Assembly (NCBI GenBank): GCA_944358795.1
Contig: CALVRW010000015.1
Span: 1 to 61,932 of the forward strand
Source of the DNA: an uncultured Bacilli bacterium
GTDB lineage: Bacteria > Bacillota_I > Bacilli_A > RF39 > UBA660
DNA length: 61,932 nucleotides
Direction of reading: 5' to 3'
Shown: one piece after another, positions 9,656-20,662 of the stretch
How positions within the stretch are numbered: the first letter of the stretch is position 1
Layout of the letters: each line of letters begins with the position of its first letter
The notes under the pieces: generated by a model
Seen by the model: the letters and a program-made list of their open reading frames with translations, nothing else
Told to the model about the DNA's origin: nothing
The model's database searches: none
Made by a program: the position numbers and the translations under genes

Positions 9656-10138
9656 TTATCTTGATCTTCTTCCACTCGTTTTTTCGTTTTCTTCAACAAG
9701 TGGTGTTAAATATACTTGTTTAATACGTAATTCTCGCTCTAATAGTGCAATTTTCTTCATTAATAATTCAACATAACGTTGCTCTAAGAACTCTCGATAA
9801 TTATTCATAATCGTTCGACGATAGCGATCTAAGTCATTTAATACAATCTCAATTAAACTTCCATCTTCATCTTCTCCATTTTCAATCATTTCTAAAATTT
9901 GTAAAATATATTGAAGATAAGAATCTAATTTTCTCTTAATTTTTCGTTTTAATACTTTTTCAATAAAAGATGGATTGATGATAACCATTTGATTTACCAT
10001 AACACCATCATATTTCACTTGATTTTTTGGTGTTACTTTAAATCCTTTTGCTTTACTATAATCAATATATACAATTTCTCCATTATAATCTTCTGTTGAT
10101 AGATAATAATGTTTTTGATTTTGCTTTTTATGGCTCAT
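9656..10138 (-). CDS. hypothetical protein (160 aa) between trmD and rplS
   Basis: Clean ORF with a charged, helical C-terminal half and no recognisable motif. Confidence 0.55.
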   Translation of the reverse strand: MSHKKQNQKHYYLSTEDYNGEIVYIDYSKAKGFKVTPKNQVKYDGVMVNQMVIINPSFIEKVLKRKIKRKLDSYLQYILQILEMIENGEDEDGSLIEIVLNDLDRYRRTIMNNYREFLEQRYVELLMKKIALLERELRIKQVYLTPLVEENEKTSGRRSR

Positions 10139-10142
10139 ACTA

Positions 10143-10811
10143 TCATCTCTTTTCTAATAAATCAGGTCTACGTTCTTTTGTCCTTTTTATTTGTTCTTGA
10201 TAACGCCACTCTTCTATTTTTTTATGATGGCCAGAAAGTAATACTTCTGGTACTTTCATTCCTCTAAAATCGACTGGTTTGGTATAAACAGGATAATCTA
10301 GTAAATTATCATGGAAAGAATCTTTGACATGGGATTCTGTATTAATCACACCATCTAATAATCTTACAATACTATCGGTAATCACCATACTTGCAAGTTC
10401 TCCACCTGTTAAAACATAATCGCCAATACTAAGTTCTAAATCAGCACAGCTTCGAATTCTTTCATCAAATCCTTCGTAATGACCACAAATAAAGATTAAA
10501 TGTTTCTTTTGCGTTAAAGTATGGGCCATCGTTTGTGTATGTGTGATTCCTTGTGGAGATAACAAAATAACATAAGAATCATCCGTTTTAATCGCATCTA
10601 GACAATCGAAGATTGGTTGTGGCATTAGTACCATTCCCGCTCCACCACCATAACTATAATCATCTACTTTTTTATGAGGATCTAAAGAGTAATCACGAAA
10701 ATTAATAATATTAATTTCTACTTGTTTATTTTCAATTGCTCGTTTGATAATCGATTCGGTTAAAAAACCATCAAACATTGCTGGAAATAATGTTAAAATA
10801 TCAATTTTCAT
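10143..10811 (-). CDS. trmD: tRNA (guanine37-N1)-methyltransferase
   Basis: [10 protein letters not shown]...YGGGAGMVL...[11 protein letters not shown] pattern, with rimM-trmD synteny. Confidence 0.95.
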   Translation of the reverse strand: MKIDILTLFPAMFDGFLTESIIKRAIENKQVEINIINFRDYSLDPHKKVDDYSYGGGAGMVLMPQPIFDCLDAIKTDDSYVILLSPQGITHTQTMAHTLTQKKHLIFICGHYEGFDERIRSCADLELSIGDYVLTGGELASMVITDSIVRLLDGVINTESHVKDSFHDNLLDYPVYTKPVDFRGMKVPEVLLSGHHKKIEEWRYQEQIKRTKERRPDLLEKR

Positions 10812-11295
10812 TTAATAATCCCTCTATATTTTGTACTTCAATCTTGTGATGTTCTAAATCTACTTTCGTAATAAATTCTGATACATTTGGTATAAAACAA
10901 GTATATTTATCTCCAATCACACTAAAGATATCATGGGCTTTACTTTTTAAAATATTTTTCACTGTTCCAATTGCTTCACCTTGATAGTAAACCGTTAATC
11001 CTAATAAATCTTCACTAAAATAACCATCTACATGAACATCTTCTTTATTAAAGTAAATACTATCTCCTTTATAAATAATAACATCGTTAATATCATTGAT
11101 TTCTTCAAATGTAATCATATCATAAATTTTATGATGACGATAACGTTTAACTGTAAATGGTTGTTTCTCTTTTCCAATATATAAAATTCTTCCCGGTTTT
11201 AATACTTCTTCTTTAAATTCTATATCACTAATAACTCTAATTTCTCCTTTAATCCCATGGGTTCCAACCATATCGCCAATATATCTAAATTCCAT
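10801..11295 (-). CDS. rimM: 16S rRNA processing protein RimM
   Basis: [11 protein letters not shown] motif, PRC barrel C-terminus, and overlap with the trmD start. Confidence 0.9.
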   Translation of the reverse strand: MEFRYIGDMVGTHGIKGEIRVISDIEFKEEVLKPGRILYIGKEKQPFTVKRYRHHKIYDMITFEEINDINDVIIYKGDSIYFNKEDVHVDGYFSEDLLGLTVYYQGEAIGTVKNILKSKAHDIFSVIGDKYTCFIPNVSEFITKVDLEHHKIEVQNIEGLLNEN

Positions 11296-11302
11296 ACTAC
11301 AC

Positions 11303-12031
11303 CTACTTATCTAATTCATAAAGAATAATACTTGTCGCAACACCAACATTTAAAGATTCACAAGTACTACTCATATCGATATATATAAAATCATCACAAA
11401 GGGTTGCTACTTCTTCACTCATGCCGTTTCCTTCATTTCCCATTATTATAGCAAACTTTGATTTTTTTTCAATCTCTTTTAAACTTTTTCCATGTGTTAC
11501 TCTTGTTCCCAAAATAGAATATTGTTGCTCTTTTAATTGTGGTAAAAAAGTTGTTAAGTCGCGCTCAATGATGTTAATGTGAAAAAGCATCCCTTGACTA
11601 GAACGAACTACCTTTGGATTATATAAATCAACCGTTCCTTTTCCTAAGACAATTGTATCAACATGAAAAGCGACAGCACTACGAATAATTGTTCCAAGAT
11701 TACCTGGATCTTGAATGCCATCTAATACAAGAATACGACTACCTAGTGTTTCTTTTTCAGGGCACTTAGAAACAACCCCCATAACTGGTTGTGGTGTTTC
11801 TACATCACTAATATAATAAAGAATATCATTTGTTACATACATCTTTTCTACATCTAACGGAAATAATTCATCTTGTTCTAAAATTAATTCTTTTAAATAG
11901 CCACTTTTAAATGCTTCTAATACCAAGTGACTTCCTTCCACTAAAAATAATCCTGTTTTATCACGATATTTTTTTTGATTTAATTTTTTTAACTCTTTTA
12001 TCTTCTTATTTTCTGTTGATGTATAAAGCAT
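11303..12031 (-). CDS. TrmH/SpoU-family RNA 2'-O-methyltransferase
   Basis: DGIQDPGNLGTIIRSA, GNEGNGMS and SLNVGVATSI motifs. I prefer ATG at 12031 (RBS aGGTGAtact) over the GTG at 12058. Confidence 0.8.
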   Translation of the reverse strand: MLYTSTENKKIKELKKLNQKKYRDKTGLFLVEGSHLVLEAFKSGYLKELILEQDELFPLDVEKMYVTNDILYYISDVETPQPVMGVVSKCPEKETLGSRILVLDGIQDPGNLGTIIRSAVAFHVDTIVLGKGTVDLYNPKVVRSSQGMLFHINIIERDLTTFLPQLKEQQYSILGTRVTHGKSLKEIEKKSKFAIIMGNEGNGMSEEVATLCDDFIYIDMSSTCESLNVGVATSIILYELDK

Positions 12032-12106
12032 AGTATCACCTAAACAGTATTTTAGCACATTTTCCTTGGTTTTAAAAGAACAGATAAGGAAAAAAGAAAC
12101 TTATTC

Positions 12107-14146
12107 CTAAGCTTCTTTTGTATAATCACATTCACTACATTTTATAATTCCTTTTTTCGTTACCACTAAAGCTTTCCCACATTCTGGACATACCTCTCCA
12201 GTTGGTTGATCCCAGAACGCTGTTTTACATTTTGGATAACGGTTACATCCATAGAAAAGTTTTCCTCGACGACTTTTCTTTTCAATAATTTGTCCTTCGC
12301 TACAATTTGGACACTTACAAATAACTTTTTCTTCTTTTGGTTCTGTTTTAATATATTTACACTCTGGATAATTACTACATGCGACAAATTGTCCATAGCG
12401 TCCTTTACGAATGACTAAGTCACTACCACAATTTGGACATGTCTCCCCAGTCTTTTCTGGTGCTTTCTTTTCTAACTTATCGAAAGCATCTTTTAAAGCA
12501 GGCTCAAATTCTTTATAGAAACTTTCCAATGTTTTATACCAAACTTTTTTTCCTTCCGCAATTTTATCTAAATCAGCTTCCATTTTTGCAGTATATTCAA
12601 CATTGATAATATGACTAAAACATTCTTGTAATTTATCTGTTACTTCTATTCCAATCTCTGTTGGTTGGAATTTCTTTTCCACTAAATTAACATATCCTCT
12701 TGTTTTAATATTATCCAAAATGGTCGCATACGTACTAGGACGTCCAATTCCTAGTTCTTCTAATTCTTTAATTAATTTTGCTTCAGTAAATCTTGCTGGT
12801 GGTTTTGTAAAATGTTGTTCTTTGGTAATCTCATTTGCGACAATGACATTCGACTGATAAGTATCGAGTGGTGGTAAGATTTTATCATCGGCTTTTTCAT
12901 AATCACCATATACTTTTAAGTATCCATCAAATACAATTACTTGACCGGTTGCTTTAAATTGGTAATCATGATTATTTAAAATAACGGTTGTGTTTTCTGT
13001 TTTCGCATCATGCATTAAACTTGCAAGAGCACGCATATAAATCAAGCGATAAAGTTTATATTCATCATCAGTTAAGTATGGTTTCATACTAAGTGGATCA
13101 CGGTTAATGCTAGTTGGTCGAATTCCTTCATGGGCATCTTGGACATTTTCTTTTTTCTTACTCTTTCTTACGGTTCCAACATAGTCTTTTCCGTATTTAT
13201 CATTGATATAAGCATACGTTGTTTTAATAAAGTCATCAGATAAACGAGTAGAATCGGTACGCATATAAGTAATAAGTCCAACTGTTTCTGTATCTAATTC
13301 AATTCCTTCATATAATTTTTGTGCAACACTCATCGTCTTTTTCGCACTAAATCCTAATTTTGTTGATGCTTCTTGTTGTAACGTACTTGTAATAAATGGT
13401 AATTTTGCTTTACGACTCTTTTTCTTCTTGTCTACACTTTCAATGGTAAAGGAATTCGTTAGCTTATTTAATATTTCATTTGCTTCGCTTTCACTTTTTA
13501 CTTCAATCTCTTTATTTTGATATGCGAATAAATCGGCTTCAAATTCTTTGAATAACGCTGTAATCGTCCAATATTCTTCAGAGTTAAATGCTTCAATTTC
13601 TCGTTCACGATCAACAATTAGTTTTAAAGCAACACTTTGAACACGTCCTGCACTAGTTCCAGCCGTTTTTGACTGAATTAGTTTACTAAGACGAAATCCA
13701 ATAATACGATCGAGAATTCTTCTCGTTTCTTGAGAATTTACTAAATTTTGATCAATCTTTCTTGCATGTTGAAACGATTCTAATACTGCGTTTTTCGTAA
13801 TTTCGTGAAATACAATTCGTTCGTAATTCTCTTCATTTAATCCAAGACAATCATACAAATGAAAACTAATTGCTTCTCCTTCACGGTCGGGGTCGGTTGC
13901 AAGATAGACAAAGTCTGATTTTTTTACTTCTTTTTTTAATTCATCAATGACTTTTTTCTTTCCTTTAATCGTCGCATAATCTGGTTTAAAGTGATTTTCA
14001 ATATCAACACCTAGTCCATATTTTCCCTTCGTTGAAAGATCTCGAATGTGTCCTTTACTAGATAATACTTTAAATTCTTTTCCCAGATATTTTTCAATTG
14101 TTTTTGATTTACTTGGGGACTCCACAATTACTAATTTTTTTGCCAT
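12107..14146 (-). CDS. topA: DNA topoisomerase I
   Basis: Toprim start (LVIVESPSK), DPDREGE, active-site region GLITYMRTDS, and three C-terminal CxxC zinc ribbons. Confidence 0.95.
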   Translation of the reverse strand: MAKKLVIVESPSKSKTIEKYLGKEFKVLSSKGHIRDLSTKGKYGLGVDIENHFKPDYATIKGKKKVIDELKKEVKKSDFVYLATDPDREGEAISFHLYDCLGLNEENYERIVFHEITKNAVLESFQHARKIDQNLVNSQETRRILDRIIGFRLSKLIQSKTAGTSAGRVQSVALKLIVDREREIEAFNSEEYWTITALFKEFEADLFAYQNKEIEVKSESEANEILNKLTNSFTIESVDKKKKSRKAKLPFITSTLQQEASTKLGFSAKKTMSVAQKLYEGIELDTETVGLITYMRTDSTRLSDDFIKTTYAYINDKYGKDYVGTVRKSKKKENVQDAHEGIRPTSINRDPLSMKPYLTDDEYKLYRLIYMRALASLMHDAKTENTTVILNNHDYQFKATGQVIVFDGYLKVYGDYEKADDKILPPLDTYQSNVIVANEITKEQHFTKPPARFTEAKLIKELEELGIGRPSTYATILDNIKTRGYVNLVEKKFQPTEIGIEVTDKLQECFSHIINVEYTAKMEADLDKIAEGKKVWYKTLESFYKEFEPALKDAFDKLEKKAPEKTGETCPNCGSDLVIRKGRYGQFVACSNYPECKYIKTEPKEEKVICKCPNCSEGQIIEKKSRRGKLFYGCNRYPKCKTAFWDQPTGEVCPECGKALVVTKKGIIKCSECDYTKEA

Positions 14147-14230
14147 AATCCACTTCCTTTGTCATTTTACATTTATACACTATAAATATCATAATGTCAA
14201 CTTCATAATAATATACACCAAAAAGATACT

Positions 14231-14770
14231 TTATTCCTGTTCAAATGCAAAAAAATAAGGATTTTTTAACATTTCTTCTTGTAACGATGTCTTTTCTCCA
14301 TGACCTGGATAGATTGTAATGTCTTTCGGATACTGTTTGATTTTATCTAAAGAATGCTTCATATCTACTTCATTTCCACCTGGTAAATCCATTCTTCCAA
14401 TGGAACCTTGAAAGATAAAATCGCCAACAAACATCGCTTTTTCTTCTTTAAAATAAATACTAATTAAATCTTCTTTATGACCAGGTGTAGGAATCATTTC
14501 AAACGTAAATAGTCCAACCTGATTCATTCCTTCTTGTAAAGAAGTTCTATCATACACAGGTACTTGATAAAAGCTAGTAAGATCTTTTAATGCACCAATA
14601 TGATCAAAGTGATAATGAGTAATTACGACACCAATGACTTTTTTATCACCAATTGTTTTTTTAATTCGCTCACTTTCTTCTCCTGGATCAATTACAAGAA
14701 CTTGATTTTCTTTTTCTAATAGATAGCAATTGGTTTCAATCGGTCCTACAACTAATCTCGTTATCTTCAA
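14231..14770 (-). CDS. MBL-fold metallo-hydrolase
   Basis: THYHFDH (HxHxDH). TTG start with strong RBS aAAGGAGAGattctat. Confidence 0.8.
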   Translation of the reverse strand: MKITRLVVGPIETNCYLLEKENQVLVIDPGEESERIKKTIGDKKVIGVVITHYHFDHIGALKDLTSFYQVPVYDRTSLQEGMNQVGLFTFEMIPTPGHKEDLISIYFKEEKAMFVGDFIFQGSIGRMDLPGGNEVDMKHSLDKIKQYPKDITIYPGHGEKTSLQEEMLKNPYFFAFEQE

Positions 14771-15665
14771 ATAGAATCTCTCCTTTCCATAATGCCGTTA
14801 AAAAGTCTGTAATTTGTTTACTTGGAATTCCAATTCCAGCCGCATGTGGATGTCCTCCACCTCCATATTGTTCAGCAATTTTAGAAACATCAATTTCTCT
14901 ACTACGTAAACTAATTCCACCATTCATATTGATAATCATGACAAACTCAATTTCTGGATGACGAAGCAAAAGAGTATTCCCGAGTTCACTACGATATTTT
15001 TCAGCAAAGACAATTCCTGCTTGATACCCACATACTTTTGCTTTCTTCATGCGTAATTCTCGTTTATCAATATATCGTTTTTGATTCTCTTCTTCTAATT
15101 TTAATAATTCTGTTTCAAAAAAACTGAAACAAAACTGTTCCTTTTGTTCTTGTAATCGTTTTGTCATCTCTATTACATATCGTTTTTCTCCATATAATTC
15201 AAACAACATTCCAAGCTTTGGTGCAAGGATATCTTGCTGTTCTAAAAAAGTCCATAAATCTAAATGTTTGACACTTGTCACATACTCAGTTAATCCTTTT
15301 GTATTTTCAAGTCCTTGTGTTAATAAATAGGTATAAAAAAGCGTTGTTCCACATTCTTCGGTATCAATCGTAACATAAGGATAATTACTTGCGAATAAAT
15401 GAGTTGCATGATGGTCAAAAACAAGAAATTTATTTTTGTAATCACTTGTTTCTATTTTCTCATAAATACTTTGTGGAACTGTTAAATCAACAATATAAAT
15501 ATGTTCATAAATACTTAAGTCTCGTTTCAAAAACTCTTCCATAAATGTTTCTACTTCATGAACATCTAATAATTGATACTCATATTCTTGACTTGTTAAA
15601 TTCATTAAAATAAGTGGACTTACTCCATCGACATCTTTTACATGACTAATCACAAACTGTTTCAT
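14736..15665 (-). CDS. DHH-family phosphoesterase (NrnA-like)
   Basis: N-terminal DVDG, then DHHATH, and GGGGHPHAAG (DHHA1). Confidence 0.75.
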   Translation of the reverse strand: MKQFVISHVKDVDGVSPLILMNLTSQEYEYQLLDVHEVETFMEEFLKRDLSIYEHIYIVDLTVPQSIYEKIETSDYKNKFLVFDHHATHLFASNYPYVTIDTEECGTTLFYTYLLTQGLENTKGLTEYVTSVKHLDLWTFLEQQDILAPKLGMLFELYGEKRYVIEMTKRLQEQKEQFCFSFFETELLKLEEENQKRYIDKRELRMKKAKVCGYQAGIVFAEKYRSELGNTLLLRHPEIEFVMIINMNGGISLRSREIDVSKIAEQYGGGGHPHAAGIGIPSKQITDFLTALWKGEILFEDNEISCRTD

Positions 15666-16290
15666 ATTGATCCCTTTCTAATATCTCTTTTACTGGTCCA
15701 TACGTTTTACGATATCCTTCAATTAAACCATATTCTTTTAATGCTTCTAAATGTTTTTTCGTCGGATATCCTTTATGATTTTTAAATCCATACATTGGAT
15801 ATTTTTCATCTAATTCATACATCATCTGATCTCTTGTAACTTTTGCGATAACACTAGCTGCCGCAATGGTAATACTTTTCGCATCTCCTTTAATAATTGG
15901 TGTTACAGGAATATCTAATTCCATTGGCATCGCATCTGATAATACATGTTTCACATCTACTTTTTCTCTTACTTTCGTAATTGCTCTTATCATCGCTTCT
16001 TTCGATGCTTGATAAATATTCATCGTATCAATTTCTTCTGGAGTGCACATCCCGATTTCTACTGCTACTGCATGATCCATAATATATTGATAGAACTGAT
16101 TTCGTTTCTTTTCACTTATTTTTTTAGAATCAGTTAACCCCTCTAAGGCAAAGTCATGAGGAAGAACAACACAGGCAGTAACCACTGGACCAATCAAAGG
16201 TCCTCTTCCTACTTCATCAACACCAGCGACAAATGAAATTCCTTTTTCCCATAACTCTTTTTCATATTGATATAAATCTACTTCTTCCAT
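15646..16290 (-). CDS. rnhB: ribonuclease HII
   Basis: GVDEVGRGPLIGPVV, DSKK and KGDAKSITIAAASVIAKVTRD. Confidence 0.9.
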   Translation of the reverse strand: MEEVDLYQYEKELWEKGISFVAGVDEVGRGPLIGPVVTACVVLPHDFALEGLTDSKKISEKKRNQFYQYIMDHAVAVEIGMCTPEEIDTMNIYQASKEAMIRAITKVREKVDVKHVLSDAMPMELDIPVTPIIKGDAKSITIAAASVIAKVTRDQMMYELDEKYPMYGFKNHKGYPTKKHLEALKEYGLIEGYRKTYGPVKEILERDQYETVCD

Positions 16291-16293
16291 ACA

Positions 16294-16638
16294 CTACCTC
16301 ATCTCTTTTTTTATCCAGTTCATAATGATTTCAACAATTTCATCGATTTGTTTTTCTGTTAACGGAACTGTTTTGGGAATATGATACCATTTTTCTAAAC
16401 ACCCACGACAACAAGTAGCTGTCGCATGCTGGGCAATAAAGACTGGATGCCCTTTCATCGGTGTTTGTTTTCCATCCTTTATGGTTGAATAATTCGCTAA
16501 CCGTTGTTGAATAAAATCATCGGCATGCCTTTTTATCGTATCCATTCCTTTTTCTTTTATATACACTTTTTCTTTTTCTGTTAAATGAAAACGACTACGA
16601 AACTTTGACTTTTCTAATGCTTCTGTTTTATCTATCAT
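16294..16638 (-). CDS. small Cys-motif protein (DUF4186-like)
   Basis: 114 aa with a CCRGCLEKWYHIPK motif. The family name is from memory. Confidence 0.55.
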   Translation of the reverse strand: MIDKTEALEKSKFRSRFHLTEKEKVYIKEKGMDTIKRHADDFIQQRLANYSTIKDGKQTPMKGHPVFIAQHATATCCRGCLEKWYHIPKTVPLTEKQIDEIVEIIMNWIKKEMR

Positions 16639-16692
16639 AAAATCCCTTCTTCTATTTATTATAACATGACAGGATAGAAAAAAAACAAGATT

Positions 16693-17052
16693 TCAAATCT
16701 TGTCTAAAATTACTTTTTCATAATTATCAATTTTATAATTTAATTTATCTAAACTTTTTTGTAAATCATTCATTTTACTCGTAATTTCACGACGTTGTTC
16801 TTCTAAAATTTGCTTTCGTTCTATTTCACTATTTGGAATACGAAATAACGAAATATACCGTTTTAATCGTTCCATGCTCATACCGGCATTGCGCATGCAA
16901 ACAACAAATTCAATATTAGAAAAATTCTCCTCGGTATAATTTCGAACACCATTTTTTCTTTCAATTGGTAAAATAATTCCTTCTTTTTCATAATATCGTA
17001 ATGTTGCTTCACTAATATGATATTTTTCACTTACTTCTTTAATTGTCATCAT
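16693..17052 (-). CDS. MerR-family transcriptional regulator
   Basis: N-terminal IKEVSEKYHISEATLRYYEKEGI HTH followed by a coiled-coil tail. Confidence 0.8.
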   Translation of the reverse strand: MMTIKEVSEKYHISEATLRYYEKEGIILPIERKNGVRNYTEENFSNIEFVVCMRNAGMSMERLKRYISLFRIPNSEIERKQILEEQRREITSKMNDLQKSLDKLNYKIDNYEKVILDKI

Positions 17053-17633
17053 AACACCTTTATCTTATAAACTTTGAATCCATTCATCCATTTCTGTTTG
17101 TGAAGTAACCACCTTGTTTTCTTGATAATCTTCTGTAAAACAATATCATTCTAGGTTCTACAGTAGCTCCAGGACACATTGTTTCATCTTTATAAAAATG
17201 TTCATATTCTGTCCCTTAATTTACAAAAACACTATCATGAATTATCCCCATAGGTTCCATAATGGCACTTCTTTTTCTACAATCTGATTATATCACAAAA
17301 ATCATTTTTTTTAGAATATACGAAAAAAGAAATTAATTCATGAAACAAAGATGAGTCTCTTATTATAAATTATTCCTTATCTAAATCAATTCATTCATAT
17401 TCACGGTTTCCTACTCCAAGGTCATAAGCGGTTTCTATAGTAGGAACACAATGACGTAATTCTATTCTCTCTATGAATTTATCTTTACCTGAATCAATAG
17501 AATGATATACAAGAACAAGACAAGCTTGATCTTGAAATGTAATCTTATCTCCATTTTTTATCTTTTGAGACTTTTCATTTAATAACCTAGTTATCTTCTT
17601 TTTGATAGAAGACTGTTTTTTGAAAATCTTGTT

Positions 17634-18570
17634 TTAACTAAGGAAATTCATAACCAGGTCAATTATAATTTCTTTTTCTTTTGGGTTTGACTCCGCAATC
17701 AGTAATGTTAAAGCCGTTAAAGTGTTATTATCAATAACTTGTTTACCCTCTTTATACAAAATACCCATAATAATTTAAGAAATAAATAAACAAAGTTGCT
17801 GCGATTCTTTTATTCCCATCAATGAAAACATGATTTTTAACAATCATATATATAAAATTAGAAGCTTTTTCTTCTATACTTTGATAAACATCTTTACCAC
17901 CATATGTTTGATAAATATTTCCTATAATTGCTTCTAAACCTCTATTTCTTTCAATAGCAAAAATATCACTTTCTTCATTAAATCTTAACTTATTAATTAT
18001 CTCTAAACAATCTCTGTATTTTATTCACTTTTGACTATTATTTCCTTTAGGTTTTAATAATGTTCTATGATCATAATCGTCTAATAAATCAAGTGTTTTT
18101 GAATAACTTCCTATTACTCTCAAAATTTCTTTGGCATCATTATTTTCTAATTTTTCATCGATTCTATTTGCAATATCTATTAGTTTAATCGTCTTTTCTA
18201 AATATTCTAATCTTTTTTGATTAACAGCATAACCTTTTATCATGTAATCTTTTAATATTTTATTTGCCCATTTTCTAAAAATAATACCATTTTGTGATTT
18301 AACACGGTAGCCAACTGATATAATTACATCTAAATTATAAAAAGGAACTTTTTGTTTAACACCATCAACGTGTAAATTTTGCACGGTGTTAGTTTCAATT
18401 AATTCTCGTTCCTTAAAAATATTAATGATATGTCTTCTTATATTAGATTCCTCTCTGCCAAACAATTCAGCCATTTGTTTGACATTTAACCACACAGTCT
18501 CATCTTTCATATTAACTTCAAGTTTTATTCCTTGATTTTCAAATAAAATTATTTCATTTTTTTGATTCAT
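17634..18570 (-). pseudogene. RhuM-Fic/DOC fusion gene disrupted by an in-frame TGA and a frameshift
   Basis: The RhuM part is 18025-18570. After TGA at 18025-18027 the same frame continues IKYRDCLEII...KNHVFIDGNKRIAATLFIYFL (Fic motif H-x-F-x-DGNKR) to TAA at 17752. The tail LYKEGKQVIDNNTLTALTLLIAESNP... sits in another frame. Confidence 0.7.
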
Positions 18571-19079
18571 TGTCTTCTCCTTTCTTACTCTCTACAACTA
18601 AATTGTATAGTAAAGAAAATCGATTGTCAATGATTTTAGCGAACATTTGTTTTGGTTTTTTCTATAATCACTTCACTTTAAAATTTTCTCATTATAATTT
18701 ATCATATTCTTCATCGCTTACAGGCTCGCACCATTCATTTGATGTTTCTTCACCCGGTACCTCAATCGCAATATGACTAAACCACGTTTTCTTGGTCAAA
18801 TGACACAATAAAGGTTTCATTCTTTTTTTGTCTTTTCATCTTCTATTTCAAATTCAAATTCATTTCCTGTCTTTAGTATAAATCTTGAAACTCTAGGTAG
18901 TTTATTTCCAAACTCTTCATAATCTCCTATTAATATGCACTCTGCCAAATTCTTTTAAGGCGACGGGGTCTTCAAAATATTCTTCTATCTTTCTAATCAG
19001 TTTAGAAAGAGTCTTATTTTCATCAATTAACTGCTCATAATTCTTAATACTATCTTTAATCTTATTTAGTCTATCATAT

Positions 19080-19500
19080 CTATTTTCTTTCTAGCAATGT
19101 CCATCTTTTATATAGTTCATGATTGGTCCATAAGTTTTTCAGTAACCATCCTATTAACCCATATTTATTAATGGTTTCTAAATGTTTTTTGGTGGGATAA
19201 CCTTTATGATTTTTAAAACCAAATTCTGAGTGTTTTTTATCTACTTCATATAATATTCTATTCCTAGTGACTTTTGCGATAACGTTAGCGGCGGCAATTG
19301 ACATACTTTTAGTATCGCCTTTGATTATTGGCATGATTGGGATATCAATATCTATGGGCATAGCATCAGACAAAACATATTCTAATTTTACTTGCTTTTG
19401 AACTTCTCTGATAGCTTTAATCATCGCCTGTCTACTGGCTTCATATATATTTATTTGTTCAATTTCTTCTGGGCCAACTATTCCTACTCCATATATTGTT
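19080..19500 (-). pseudogene. decayed second copy of RNase HII (N-terminus missing; stop and frameshift in the C-terminus)
   Basis: Translation ...GPEEIEQINIYEASRQAMIKAIREVQ...KGDTKSMSIAAANVIAKVTRN...GFKNHKGYPTKKHLE parallels rnhB at 15646-16290. The catalytic DEVGRG start is absent. A shifted frame reads GY*KTYGP where rnhB has GYRKTYGP. Confidence 0.7.
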
Positions 19501-19700
19501 TTCTATTGCTTTATCAACCTTATAAAACATTTTTCTTTCATTTACCAATTATTCTATAGACAATTTTGGTAAATTGCTTAATTTTTATGTTGCAAATTTC
19601 CAAATTACAAGTTTTTATAATCTATAATTTTATGGTTAAAGTTTAAATTACTTGATTTGAAAAACAAGTGCCAGTTTATTAGCACTTGTTTAAAATTAAT

Positions 19701-20063
19701 TTAATTTTTTTGATAATTTATTAAGAAAAGTACGGAATCTATAATCAATAAAATTCCTATAATTATGGCTAATGTTCCTCCTGAAATTAGTTCTAATATA
19801 GCCACAACAACACCTATAATACCCGCCCATATTGAGCCTTTATGAGCTAATCTAGCAGCTATATACATAAATATCAATCCAAATAATAACACAATGAAAT
19901 CAACTAAGTCATAGATATCTGTTGTAAATGTTCCTGTAGCTCCTCCAAAAAAATACAATACTTTAACAATAACATTAAGTAGATAAACATAGAAAAGAAT
20001 ATTAAAAATTATTTCAATGCCTCTTCTTCTGTTGTTAAGTTTTTCTTGATTCATATAATACAC
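19701..20063 (-). CDS. small integral membrane protein
   Basis: 120 aa with 3-4 hydrophobic spans. A hairpin terminator lies at 19663-19690. Confidence 0.5.
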   Translation of the reverse strand: MYYMNQEKLNNRRRGIEIIFNILFYVYLLNVIVKVLYFFGGATGTFTTDIYDLVDFIVLLFGLIFMYIAARLAHKGSIWAGIIGVVVAILELISGGTLAIIIGILLIIDSVLFLINYQKN

Positions 20064-20305
20064 TCCCTCTCATTTTAATATATTGATACAAGTATATTGT
20101 AATTTATTTTTATTATAAAAACAAGTTTGGATATATAGAAATATTAAATTATTTACATTGTGTGTGTAAATTATAGATAAGAATATTTATGTTATTATCT
20201 ATAATAATTTCCTTTTTTAAATAAATTCATTTTTGTTAGTTTTTTTCTTTCTTCAAATAGTGTTTACAACTTCTACTCTCTGTTTATAATATCTAGTAGT
20301 CTTTT

Positions 20306-20602
20306 TTAATTCCTTAACTTTTTGATGTTTAGCATTTGATTAAAAGTTCTTTTTCTATCTTCACGTTCATTTTTCAATCTCTCATTATATTCTTTTTCAT
20401 AATCTTTTACTAAATTATGAAAACCTTTAACATATTTTTCTTTCAAAGGTACTATTTCAATATTATCTTTAGTTAATCCTAGTTTTATATTTGGATTAGA
20501 GTTATAAGCCTTTTTCTCTCTTTTGTTATGTGAGCCAATTTGTGATAAATCATTCAAAGTATAAATAGGTTCGTTTCTAAAGATAGCATAATTCAGATTC
20601 AT
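20306..20602 (-). pseudogene. truncated Mob/Pre-type plasmid recombination (relaxase) gene, N-terminal ~98 codons only
   Basis: MNLNYAIFRNEPIYTLNDLSQIGSHNKREKKAYNSNPNI resembles the Mob_Pre N-terminus (...G..HN.RE...). The downstream HxDE..PH.H region is missing. RBS GGAGGtagatata precedes the ATG at 20602. Confidence 0.5.
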
Positions 20603-20662
20603 TATATCTACCTCCATTCACGTATAAAAAAAGAAATCTACACGAGACTTCTTTTTTCCTTA

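Noticed and set aside
18025-18027. The in-frame TGA in the RhuM-Fic gene as a sign of genetic code 4 (TGA=Trp) or selenocysteine.
   Set aside because: Other well-supported genes terminate with TGA (for example 1882-1884). The same gene also has a frameshift ~270 nt further on. No SECIS-like context was noticed. A pseudogene is the simpler reading.
20173-20212. The inverted repeat TATAGATAA...TTATCTATA downstream of the Mob fragment as an oriT.
   Set aside because: It lies downstream rather than upstream of the relaxase remnant, is very AT-rich, and no nick-site consensus is recognisable.
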